From the NCBI GenBank assembly GCA_964636325.1, contig CAZWRV010000011.1, positions 7,264 to 71,263 on the forward strand: a stretch of 64,000 nucleotides of DNA, given 5' to 3'. Position numbers and translations under genes: made by a program. Within the stretch, counting starts at the first letter, position 1. Each line of letters opens with the position of its first letter. Source of the stretch: an uncultured Victivallaceae bacterium. Its GTDB lineage: Bacteria > Verrucomicrobiota > Lentisphaeria > Victivallales > GWF2-50-93. Below are positions 33,996 through 42,469 of the stretch, piece by piece. Under the pieces are notes generated by a model. That model saw only the letters and a program-made list of their open reading frames with translations, was not told the origin of the DNA and ran no database searches.

Positions 33996-35294
33996 GTGGG
34001 CTTTTTTCAATGGATTAAAGAGCTTATGGGAGGTCCGCGCAGGCGCGACATCTCCCGTCTTTCCCCGTCCGAAGGGGAGGGTGCCGATGATTCCGCCGCG
34101 GAACTTGTGGACGTCTCTGGCGGCCCTTTGAAGGAGCACCACCGCCGTCTGGCCCTGCGCGACCGCCGCCTGCTTCCGAAAGTCAAGTCGGTCACGCGCG
34201 CGATGGGTTTGACAAGGCGCAAAAAGGTGATGGGGAAGGCCGAGGCGGACCGTCTTTTCAGCGGAACCTTGCGGACCCGTAACCGTAAGCTCCGCGACCT
34301 TTTGGCCGACGAGGAACAGCTCAAGCGCTACGGCCTGCCGTTGTGGAATACTGAAGAAGACCTCGCCGCGTGCCTCGGCGTTTCCATCAAGGAATTATGG
34401 TTCTTCTCCATCCACCGGCAGAGGGAGAGGCAGCCGCACTATGTCACGTTTTCAATCCTCAAGCGTTCGGGCGGGAGCAGGCTCATCATGGCGCCTAAGC
34501 GCCGCCTGAAGGCGATCCAGAGGAAACTACTGGCCCTGCTGGTCGAAAAGCTGCCGGTGAGCGAACACGCCCACGCATTCCGCCGGGGCAGAAGTGTCCG
34601 CACCGGCGCCGAACCCCACGTCCGCAAGCGCCTGATCCTGCATCTTGATCTGAAGGATTTCTTCCCTTCGGTCACTTTCGCGCGCGTCCGAGGGATGCTG
34701 ATCGCCTACGGGTATTCCTATCCGGTCGCTTCGACCCTTGCGGTCCTGATGACCGAGGCTGAACGCCAGCCGGTCGAGGAGGACGGGAAGGTGTACCATG
34801 TCCCCGTCGGGCCGCGCCACTGCGTGCAGGGTGCGCCGACGAGTCCGGGCATCTGCAATTCGATGCTTCTCCGGCTGGACCGGCGACTTGCCGGACTGGC
34901 GGCGAAGCATTCGCTTTCATATACGCGCTATGCCGACGACATCGCCTTCTCCGGCGACGTTGAACGTCCCGCCGCGCACAAGATCCGCGCGGCCGCGTCA
35001 CGGATCATCGCGGAGGAGGGATTCCTGGTCAACGCGGAGAAGACGCGCCTCATGGGAAGTGGAGCACGGCACTCCGTCACCGGGGTCGTTGTGAATCAGA
35101 CTCTTGGGCTTTCGCGCAAGGATCGGCGCCGCATGAGGGCGGCCGCGCACCGGCTTGTGAAAGGGCAGGCGGGCGCTTCCCCGGAACGCACGCAGGCCTG
35201 GCTCGACGGACGGATCGCTTACCTGCACATGCTCAACCCGCAGCAGGCGGACGCGATAAGGAATCTCCAATGTCCGACAAGGAATATTCATTGA
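33996..35294 (+). CDS. retron-type reverse transcriptase
   Basis: GTG start 6 nt after AGGAGAG. Motifs RGRSVRTGAEPH, LHLDLKDFFPSV, QGAPTSPGICN, YTRYADDIAFSG, RHSVTGVVVN. No maturase or endonuclease domain. About 130-aa N-terminal extension. Confidence 0.8.
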   Translation: MGFFQWIKELMGGPRRRDISRLSPSEGEGADDSAAELVDVSGGPLKEHHRRLALRDRRLLPKVKSVTRAMGLTRRKKVMGKAEADRLFSGTLRTRNRKLRDLLADEEQLKRYGLPLWNTEEDLAACLGVSIKELWFFSIHRQRERQPHYVTFSILKRSGGSRLIMAPKRRLKAIQRKLLALLVEKLPVSEHAHAFRRGRSVRTGAEPHVRKRLILHLDLKDFFPSVTFARVRGMLIAYGYSYPVASTLAVLMTEAERQPVEEDGKVYHVPVGPRHCVQGAPTSPGICNSMLLRLDRRLAGLAAKHSLSYTRYADDIAFSGDVERPAAHKIRAAASRIIAEEGFLVNAEKTRLMGSGARHSVTGVVVNQTLGLSRKDRRRMRAAAHRLVKGQAGASPERTQAWLDGRIAYLHMLNPQQADAIRNLQCPTRNIH

Positions 35295-35362
35295 TCAATA
35301 TAATGGAGCCAATTTCAAAATGCGGTTGAGCACAGCTCAACCCTCCACGATTTCTCCGCCTA

Positions 35363-35417
35363 GATGGAGGGCGAAGCCGTGCTGAGCCGCGGTTGAGCTT
35401 GGCTCAACCCTCCGGAA
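35363..35417 (+). repeat. 55-nt direct repeat, right copy
   Basis: 54/55 identical to 33682-33736. An extra copy of the hairpin module (ggttgagc-aca-gctcaaccctcc) lies at 35324-35346. Confidence 0.85.
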
Positions 35418-35459
35418 GACGACAAAATTACCGACAAAGATTTTCAAATTACAGGAGAG

Positions 35460-36881
35460 ATGGCGATGAGAAAGAACACGTTCGCAGTGATGTTCGGGAA
35501 CCGGGGATTCTTTCCGGAAACTCTGATATCGGGGGCGAGAAAGGAAATCGGAGCGGCGCTGAAGAAGGCCGGCTACGGGGCGTTGATGATGGAACCGTCG
35601 GAGACCAGATACGGCGCCATCGAGACTCCTGCGGAAGGTGAGAAGTTCGCAAAATTCCTAGAGCGGAACAGGGGCAGATACGACGGCGTGATCATCTGCC
35701 TTCCCAATTTCGGAGACGAGACCGGAGCGGTCGCCGCCGTCCGCGACTGCGGAACTCCCATACTCGTCCAGGCCTACCCCGATGAACTCGACAAGATGTC
35801 GATGGCGACTCGCAGGGACTCGTTCTGCGGCAAGTTTTCCGTCATGGATGTCCTCTGCCAGTACGGCATATCCTTCAGCGCGCTGACGCCGCACACGGTC
35901 CATCCGGTTTCCGCGGAGTTCTCGGACAATCTGGACGTCTTCGCGGGGATATGCAGGATTGTCAACGGAATGAGGCGATTCACGGTCGGCGCGATAGGCG
36001 CCAGGACGACCGCCTTCAAGACAGTGCGCTTCGACGAGCTCGCCCTGCAGAAATACGGGATAACCACCGAGACGCTCGACCTTTCCGAAGTTGTGCTCAG
36101 GGTGAACTCGCTCAAAACGTCCGATCCGAAGGTGAAGGCCAAGGCGGCCGTCCTCAGAAGATACGCCTGCTGGAAAGGAACCCCTGCGGAATCATTCGAA
36201 AACATCGCGAAGCTCGCGTTGGTCCTCGACCGCATCGTCGAGGAATACAAGATGGACGCACTTTCGCTGAGATGCTGGATCGAGCTGGAGAAGCTTTTGA
36301 AGCTTTCCCCATGCGTGATCCTCAGCGAGATGAACAACCGCGGCATCCCCGCGGCGTGCGAGCTGGACGTCTGCAACGCGGTGGCGATGAGGGCGCTGAG
36401 CCTGGCCTCCGAAGCTCCGTCCGCATGCCTCGACTGGAACAACAACTTCGGCGGCGAATCAGACAAGTGCATCCTCTTCCACTGCGGCCCCGTCCCTCAG
36501 AAGATGATGGCCGGAAAGGGTCTGATCGTAGACCATCCGATGTTTGCGAAGGCGCTCGGCGCCGGATGCGGCTTCGGCTGCAACACCGGCAGAATATCGC
36601 CTTCGCCGTTCACATATTCGAGCGCGAAGACGCAGGACGGCAAGCTGCATTTCTACCTGGGGCAGGGGGCTTTCACTGACGACGCCGTCCCCAGCGAATT
36701 CTTCGGCTGCGCCGGAGTCGCCAGGATCGACGGACTGCAGAAAAAACTTCAGTCCATCGGATACAACGGCTACAGGCACCATGTAAGCGTCACCTTCGGC
36801 GAACATGGACGCGCGGTAAACGAGGCCTTCGCAAGATACTTGAAATACGAATGCATGGCGCTGGACGATTTCGGCGTGTGA
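35460..36881 (+). CDS. L-fucose/L-arabinose isomerase-family protein
   Basis: 473 aa. The N-terminus FAVMFGNRGFFPETLISGARKEI and overall size resemble the COG2407-type sugar isomerases (from memory). Confidence 0.5.
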   Translation: MAMRKNTFAVMFGNRGFFPETLISGARKEIGAALKKAGYGALMMEPSETRYGAIETPAEGEKFAKFLERNRGRYDGVIICLPNFGDETGAVAAVRDCGTPILVQAYPDELDKMSMATRRDSFCGKFSVMDVLCQYGISFSALTPHTVHPVSAEFSDNLDVFAGICRIVNGMRRFTVGAIGARTTAFKTVRFDELALQKYGITTETLDLSEVVLRVNSLKTSDPKVKAKAAVLRRYACWKGTPAESFENIAKLALVLDRIVEEYKMDALSLRCWIELEKLLKLSPCVILSEMNNRGIPAACELDVCNAVAMRALSLASEAPSACLDWNNNFGGESDKCILFHCGPVPQKMMAGKGLIVDHPMFAKALGAGCGFGCNTGRISPSPFTYSSAKTQDGKLHFYLGQGAFTDDAVPSEFFGCAGVARIDGLQKKLQSIGYNGYRHHVSVTFGEHGRAVNEAFARYLKYECMALDDFGV

Positions 36882-36891
36882 AAGGCGGAAA

Positions 36892-38943
36892 GTGGCAAAC
36901 AGATTTTTAAGGTTAGCGGCTGTCTTTGCCCTTTCTCTCCCATCCATATGCGGTGCAGAGGAGAAGAAACCCGCCCCCGCGCCGGCTCCGCTGGGACCGA
37001 CGATACAGCCCAACATATTCGACATCCCCGCATTGCACATGAACTATCTGGCGATCCAGGCGCAGGTTCAGGCGCTTTTCCAGCAGGAGAACTTCCCCGA
37101 AGCCGAGAAGGGTTGCCGCATGGCGCTCGAGCTCATCCCGAATGACATCGCAACTCACTTCAGGCTGGGATGCGTCCTTGCCGCCGAAGGCAGGAAGGAC
37201 GAGGCCGTCAAGTCGCTGCAGAAGGCCGTTTCGCTGGGCTTCAACAATCCGGCGATGCTGAAAGGGGAAAAAGCCCTTGCACCTCTCCAGGACATGGATG
37301 ACTTCAAGGCGCTGCTCAAGAAGTCCGAGACCGCCAAACCGGATCCCGCCGCAGCATGGAACTATCCGTGCGAGCCCGCTGAAATCAAGGATGCGGTGGC
37401 GATGGTCACGGAGAAGAACACGACATATGACCCCCAGATTGGAATTCTTAAGTCGTTCTTCAAGTTTCCCGAGCCGAAGCCGGATCTGCCGGTCGCGGTC
37501 GGCCTTGGCGAAGCCGGCGATCTCCTGAGGAAATGGTATTCGGAAAAGACTGCGGCCGGCAACTGGGGCGACCTTTACGACAACCACGACGGCGACCATT
37601 CCAACATGGACTACGCGGCCTTTCCGCAGCTCGCGAGGATAGAGTTCGGCGACACTCCGAAGAAGAAGGGCTTTGCATCGGGGCTCCAGACTCTTTTCCT
37701 CTACAATGGCCCGACGATCGGCAACTCCTCGACGGCGGTGACGGACCCGTTCATATTCCGCTCGATACCGCGCCTGGCGCTCACAGGCGGACGCGGGCAG
37801 ATGCTTTTCGTCCAGTATGTCTCCAACCACATGTATTTCTATCCGGAGCACGCCGACCATGATCCCGGCCGCAACGGCCAGGGAGGATATGGCGATCTCA
37901 TTCCTGCAAACACTCCATACTATATAATATCGCAGGGATCGAGCTTTTCAGACAAGGTGTTCATGGACGCCGTATGCGCGGCGATGGCGTCTTTCACGCC
38001 GGAAGTCAAGACCGAACTCGTGAAGAACGGCGCGCTCATGCCGGCGATGCAGATGATATTCCGGATGTCGAACAAGACGGTCAAGTCCGACGACGACTAC
38101 CTTTCCGGCAAGGCGCACCCCAGCGTGTTCGACGGGAACCAGCTGGACATGATCCGCATGATGAAGATGGCCCACGATATGACCGCGGACTGCCTCCCGC
38201 CGTTCGTCCAGCTAAAAGTGAAGGAGGAGGACCAGCCGGTCCCCGGGATCGACTATTTCGGAATCCCCGGCGCCGAGAAGCTGTTCGACACGCCGTGCGC
38301 GGTCGCCCGCGTCGCCAGATCGGTCAAATATGCCAGGCGCATGCTTGTCAGCGCCGAGGACAGCCGCGACCTGAAAGGCAAGGCCCTCTCCTATTGCTGG
38401 GTGCTCCTGAGGGGCGACCCCGCGAAGGTCTCAATCAAGAAGTCTAACATCTCTGGCTCCGAAGCTGAAATCATCGTCTCCTGGCACGACCGGTTCCCCA
38501 TATCTCTGGGCAATCCATTGGAAAGCAACAGGGTGGACATAGGTGTCTTCGCGAAGAACCATAAATATTTCTCGCCGCCGGCCTTTATCTCCATCCTCTT
38601 CAACGACAGCGAAAAACGGACTTACGACTCGAAGAACAGGATCACATCGGTGGACTACAACGATCCTGCCGTGGGCAAGAACTATGTCGACCCGATGCTC
38701 TTCACTAAGAAGAACTGGCGCGACGAATATCATTACGACGCTAAAGGCGCGATGACCGGATGGACCAGGATACGCGCCGACTCGAAGGAGGAGTTCACCG
38801 CGGGCGGACTGCTTGTCGCCAAAACCGACGCTTCCGGTAAACCGATTGAGGGAAGGAAGGTGAACTACGTCGTCAAGCAGAACCAAAACGCGATGGCTGA
38901 ACTCGTCGAAACTCCGACACAGGAAACCGTATTGTTCAAGTAG
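36892..38943 (+). CDS. secreted protein, N-terminal TPR-like region, unknown function
   Basis: Signal peptide MANRFLRLAAVFALSLPSICGAEE; 683 aa. TPR-like helices near residues 60-130. Confidence 0.55.
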   Translation: MANRFLRLAAVFALSLPSICGAEEKKPAPAPAPLGPTIQPNIFDIPALHMNYLAIQAQVQALFQQENFPEAEKGCRMALELIPNDIATHFRLGCVLAAEGRKDEAVKSLQKAVSLGFNNPAMLKGEKALAPLQDMDDFKALLKKSETAKPDPAAAWNYPCEPAEIKDAVAMVTEKNTTYDPQIGILKSFFKFPEPKPDLPVAVGLGEAGDLLRKWYSEKTAAGNWGDLYDNHDGDHSNMDYAAFPQLARIEFGDTPKKKGFASGLQTLFLYNGPTIGNSSTAVTDPFIFRSIPRLALTGGRGQMLFVQYVSNHMYFYPEHADHDPGRNGQGGYGDLIPANTPYYIISQGSSFSDKVFMDAVCAAMASFTPEVKTELVKNGALMPAMQMIFRMSNKTVKSDDDYLSGKAHPSVFDGNQLDMIRMMKMAHDMTADCLPPFVQLKVKEEDQPVPGIDYFGIPGAEKLFDTPCAVARVARSVKYARRMLVSAEDSRDLKGKALSYCWVLLRGDPAKVSIKKSNISGSEAEIIVSWHDRFPISLGNPLESNRVDIGVFAKNHKYFSPPAFISILFNDSEKRTYDSKNRITSVDYNDPAVGKNYVDPMLFTKKNWRDEYHYDAKGAMTGWTRIRADSKEEFTAGGLLVAKTDASGKPIEGRKVNYVVKQNQNAMAELVETPTQETVLFK

Positions 38944-39056
38944 CGCCTTACAAGAGGAATTCTTCTATTTTATTACGGACACTCATCTCACCTGAACTCC
39001 TTTCAAAACTCGGCAAACGGCTCAGCTCGGCTTCGCCCTCCGCGCACGAATTGAGT

Positions 39057-39296
39057 TCAAGCTTTTGCTCGCCAGCCCGCGCACTTTCTGAACAGGAAGA
39101 CGAACTTGGCCGTATAGCAAGCAGACCAGAAAGACAGCCAGACTATGAACAGGAGCATGATCGGTCGCGTCATGCTGGGGAATTCATCGGACGGATTCAT
39201 GATCGGGCCGGAGGTGCTCAGGAAAAGGATGACGGCGATTAGTCCCGTCAAGAACCATTCGACATGTCCCCGCTTCCACATATGCTTGCCCTGCAA
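39057..39296 (-). CDS. small two-TM membrane protein (tentative)
   Basis: 79-aa ORF with two hydrophobic helices (FLTGLIAVILFLS, IMLLFIVWLSFWSACY). No homology recognised. Confidence 0.3.
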   Translation of the reverse strand: MQGKHMWKRGHVEWFLTGLIAVILFLSTSGPIMNPSDEFPSMTRPIMLLFIVWLSFWSACYTAKFVFLFRKCAGWRAKA

Positions 39297-39528
39297 TCAG
39301 GATTGGCCGATTGCAAATTACGCCACTTCCCACTGGCACTCAAGGCATATTAAGGACAAAACGCTCATCACAATTCCGACTTGACTTGCTCGGGGCTTGA
39401 TTCGAGTTCTAACCCAATCATCCAATCATCCAATCTTCCATCCTTTATTGTTGTGCGGGAAGCCCTTGATTTTATCATCTGGCGGTGGCATATTACAGCT
39501 TAAATTCTAAATTCTTGAGAGGTGTGCA

Positions 39529-40095
39529 ATGAGTGTTGACATCAACGGTCTGCTAGACTATTCAGAAGAGCACATGATGAAGGCTGTCGAGCACATGCAG
39601 TCGGACTTCAGCGCGGTGAGGACCGGCAAGGCTTCTCCCGGACTGGTGGAAAATCTCATGGTCGAATACTACGGGACACCTACCAGGCTCAAGGAGCTTG
39701 CGGGCATAACGACTCCGGAGGCGAGGCTTCTTGTAATCCAGCCGTGGGATCCGACGTCCGTCCCCGCCATTGAAAAGGCGATACTCGCCTCCAACATCGG
39801 CATATCCCCCGTGAACGACGGCAGGATAATCAGGCTCCCGATTCCGGAACTGAGCGAGGAGCGCCGCGCCGCCCTCACGAAGCAGGTCAAGTCCCGTGCC
39901 GAGGATGCCAGGGTCGCTATCAGGAATGTCCGGAGGGAGGCCAACGAACTCGCCAAGAAGGCCCAGAAGGACAGCAAGATTTCCGAGGACGATCTTAAGA
40001 TCAAGCTCGAGAAAATCCAGAAGCTCACCGACGACTACATCAAGGAAGTCGACGAATGCCTGAAGAAGAAGGAAGCCGAGCTGATGACAATATAG
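39529..40095 (+). CDS. frr: ribosome recycling factor
   Basis: 188 aa. ...VRTGKASPGLVENLMVEYYGTPTRLKELAGITTPEARLLVIQPWD... is the canonical RRF sequence. Confidence 0.9.
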   Translation: MSVDINGLLDYSEEHMMKAVEHMQSDFSAVRTGKASPGLVENLMVEYYGTPTRLKELAGITTPEARLLVIQPWDPTSVPAIEKAILASNIGISPVNDGRIIRLPIPELSEERRAALTKQVKSRAEDARVAIRNVRREANELAKKAQKDSKISEDDLKIKLEKIQKLTDDYIKEVDECLKKKEAELMTI

Positions 40096-40118
40096 CCTGG
40101 ATGCCCCAGGCTTATTTT
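40095..40118 (+). terminator. Rho-independent terminator after frr
   Basis: gcctgg-atgcc-ccaggc stem-loop starting at the stop codon, followed by TTATTTT. Confidence 0.55.
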
Positions 40119-40233
40119 CAGATTTTCTGTTTTGCCGTCTTTTCAGTGAAGGCTGTTATGCATTACGACCGCGTCGGAATCATTCATTGTCGCCGGAAAA
40201 TCTGAACTGTGGTTAGAAGGATGGTGCTGTATT

Positions 40234-42147
40234 TTGGCCGCCGTCAGAAAACATTACCTTCTGATTCTGGCTGTCGTCGTGGTGGCTGCGTTTCTTCTGC
40301 GCCTGGAGGTCTGCCGGGAGCTTCTCGCCAATGATCCGAGCGTGAGCAGGCCTCCCCCAGCCACCGACATGGCCACCTACATGAAGCTGGCGGCGGAGGT
40401 CGCCGCCGGCGAATATGGTTCGAAACCGTTCTACTACCAGCCGTTCTACTACGCGGTCTTCCTGCCGTCGATCTACCTTGTCTTCGGCAAGGGGACGATC
40501 TGGCCGGTGCTGCTGTCGCAGTGCCTGCTCGGCGCAGCGACAGTCTGGCTGGCTGCGATTTCCGCAGGAATGCTGGCCGGGAAACGGGCTTCCGTAATCA
40601 CCGCGGTGCTCGCCGCCTTTTCCACGATCCTTGTCTTCTACACGCCGTATTTCCTGCTTGAGACTCTTCAGTCGTTCTGGCTGGCGCTGATACTTTATCT
40701 TTCGCTCGTTTCGATCCGGCGCGGCAAGCTCTGGCTATGGCTGCTGACCGGCCTGGCGGTCGGGTGTTCGATATTGACACGCGGCAACATATGGCTCATG
40801 GTTCCGGGAATCGCGCTGTTTGCTCTTCTGTCAGGTAAAATGAAAAAGTCCTCTGGCTCACCTACTGAAACTCGCCGAAAAATGGTGTGGACTTCCCTGT
40901 CCGCGAAATTCGCAGGTTGGGGTACCTGCGCCGTTTCATGTTCCATGTTGATTATTTTTCTTTCTGGCGTGATCCTCCCGCAGATCCCCTTTTTCATGCA
41001 CAACACAAAGGTCTGCGGCAAGTTCACCGGTCCCTCTACCGCGGGTTCCGCGGTCCTCGCGCTCGGCAACACGCCTGAGGCGCCGCCCGGCGGAAGGAAT
41101 CCCAACCTTGGCCCTGGACCGATGGAATATCCGGAGACTTACAAATATTGGATGGACACTCAGTCGGAGATGCCGGTTTCGAGGAGGATCCGGCAATGGT
41201 TCTTGTCTGAGCCCGGGGCGTTCCTGGAACTGCAGTTCAGAAAACTGCTTCTTTTCTGGGACGCGTCCGAGATTCCGAACAACGTCTCGCTGCTTCACAA
41301 CGGCAAGAGGAGTACGGCCTTGAACTCTGCAGCCCTCATCCCGACATCTGTAATTCTCGCCGCCTGCATAGGTGCAATATTCCTGTTCCTGGCCGGATTG
41401 CTCAGGGGAAGGCTTCATCTCGGCAAACTGCTGTCCACAAGGAAGTTGCAGTCGTCCGCATTATTGTGGATGATCTTCTCGTTCTGGGCTGCGACGGCGG
41501 CGTTCTACATTCTGGCTAGGTTCCGCGTGCCGGGAGTCCCGCTGTGCGCGGTCGCCGCGGGGATTTTCATCCACGGATTCATTTCGGAGATGAATGCCCG
41601 TTCTCGGCGGCGATTCAGGATACTTGTCCTGCCGGCGCTCCTCTTCTCTGTCATAGTGGTCTTCTTCGGATATGACATCTACCGATTCCGTTTTGAGGCC
41701 GGCGTAATGCGTATTGTCCGGCCCGCGGGAACCCATGTCAGGCTCTCGGACAGGACGCTTGTCGTGGACAACGGCCCGTTTACGTTCGGCGGATGGGGGG
41801 AAATAGCAGTGGAGCCCGGTAAAACAATTGTAAAGGAATTTGCGCAGGTCAAAGAACCCAGGGATGGAACAGTCGAATTCATAATGCCAGTCCTGGACGA
41901 TACTCCGAAGGACACGGTCTTCTCTATCAACGGAGTTTCCGCAGAAGTCTCATTCTCGCAATGCAACCCGCCCGAGATCAGCAAGACTGTGCCTTTCAAC
42001 GGCGGCAAATTTGAAATACGCCTGGAGAAAAGCGCCTCGCCGGTTTTCCTGCTTATGGACTTCCAGAGGAACTACGGCCGGACATCCCTGGACGGCAAGA
42101 AAGGTCTGGGGGAACTCGTCTGCAGGATACATGTCCGGCCTGAGTGA
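40234..42147 (+). CDS. glycosyltransferase family 39 / ArnT-like polytopic membrane protein
   Basis: TTG start, more than 10 hydrophobic segments, GT-C-like N-terminal region (YYQPFYYAVFLPSIY...), C-terminal soluble domain. Confidence 0.5.
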   Translation: MAAVRKHYLLILAVVVVAAFLLRLEVCRELLANDPSVSRPPPATDMATYMKLAAEVAAGEYGSKPFYYQPFYYAVFLPSIYLVFGKGTIWPVLLSQCLLGAATVWLAAISAGMLAGKRASVITAVLAAFSTILVFYTPYFLLETLQSFWLALILYLSLVSIRRGKLWLWLLTGLAVGCSILTRGNIWLMVPGIALFALLSGKMKKSSGSPTETRRKMVWTSLSAKFAGWGTCAVSCSMLIIFLSGVILPQIPFFMHNTKVCGKFTGPSTAGSAVLALGNTPEAPPGGRNPNLGPGPMEYPETYKYWMDTQSEMPVSRRIRQWFLSEPGAFLELQFRKLLLFWDASEIPNNVSLLHNGKRSTALNSAALIPTSVILAACIGAIFLFLAGLLRGRLHLGKLLSTRKLQSSALLWMIFSFWAATAAFYILARFRVPGVPLCAVAAGIFIHGFISEMNARSRRRFRILVLPALLFSVIVVFFGYDIYRFRFEAGVMRIVRPAGTHVRLSDRTLVVDNGPFTFGGWGEIAVEPGKTIVKEFAQVKEPRDGTVEFIMPVLDDTPKDTVFSINGVSAEVSFSQCNPPEISKTVPFNGGKFEIRLEKSASPVFLLMDFQRNYGRTSLDGKKGLGELVCRIHVRPE

Positions 42148-42222
42148 TTTGCGCGATCCGGGTTGCAAGTTCCTGTTGAAGTGCAAACTTACACGCTTGC
42201 GAATCACAGCCTGCGAAGTAGT

Positions 42223-42300
42223 TTGCGCGCGCCGCGCGCAATCAACGGAACACGGTATTCCTCGCATGCGGAGTTTGCCCTTTGCGCGCGGCGCGCGCAA
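42223..42300. repeat. two 19-nt GC palindromic units with a 40-nt linker (59-bp period)
   Basis: Units at 42223-42241 and 42282-42300. Linker and flanks are about 85% alignable by eye to the array at 33827-33965. Confidence 0.85.
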
Positions 42301-42469
42301 GCTACTCATCGAGCTCCATGCGAGTGTCGAACCCCGAGCGTGAAGCGCCTCTGGGTTTTGTCAGCGAGAAACTCGAAGTACGCCGCTCGATCCGAGAGCG
42401 GCCTAATCTAAATAATGTCGCACTCGGATCGTGCGACGTACTTGAGCCAAGTTTCAGGAGAGATGCCCG

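Noticed and set aside
33753-34018. Track ORFs 33753..33965-, 33827..34018+ and 33871..34131+, with repeated peptide segments (LRAPRAKSKPRIRGMPCSV...)
   Set aside because: They are translations of the tandem palindromic repeat array. The same applies to 41950..42309-, 42053..42241- and 42163..42411+ at the proS-side array.
33682-35417. The 55-bp direct repeats flanking the RT as template/variable repeats of a diversity-generating retroelement
   Set aside because: The single difference is T/C rather than adenine-specific. The repeats are short and lie outside any target ORF. The RT motifs (YTRYADD, VTG box) are retron-like rather than DGR-like.
33400-35460. Group II intron
   Set aside because: The RT lacks a maturase/X domain. 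I found no domain V-like hairpin: the GAGCCGC...hairpin in the repeats does not pair as domain V. No intron boundary motifs were found either.
39415-39438. Short tandem repeat caatcatc x3 upstream of frr
   Set aside because: It has only three imperfect 8-nt units and no evidence of function. Noted as a minor microsatellite.
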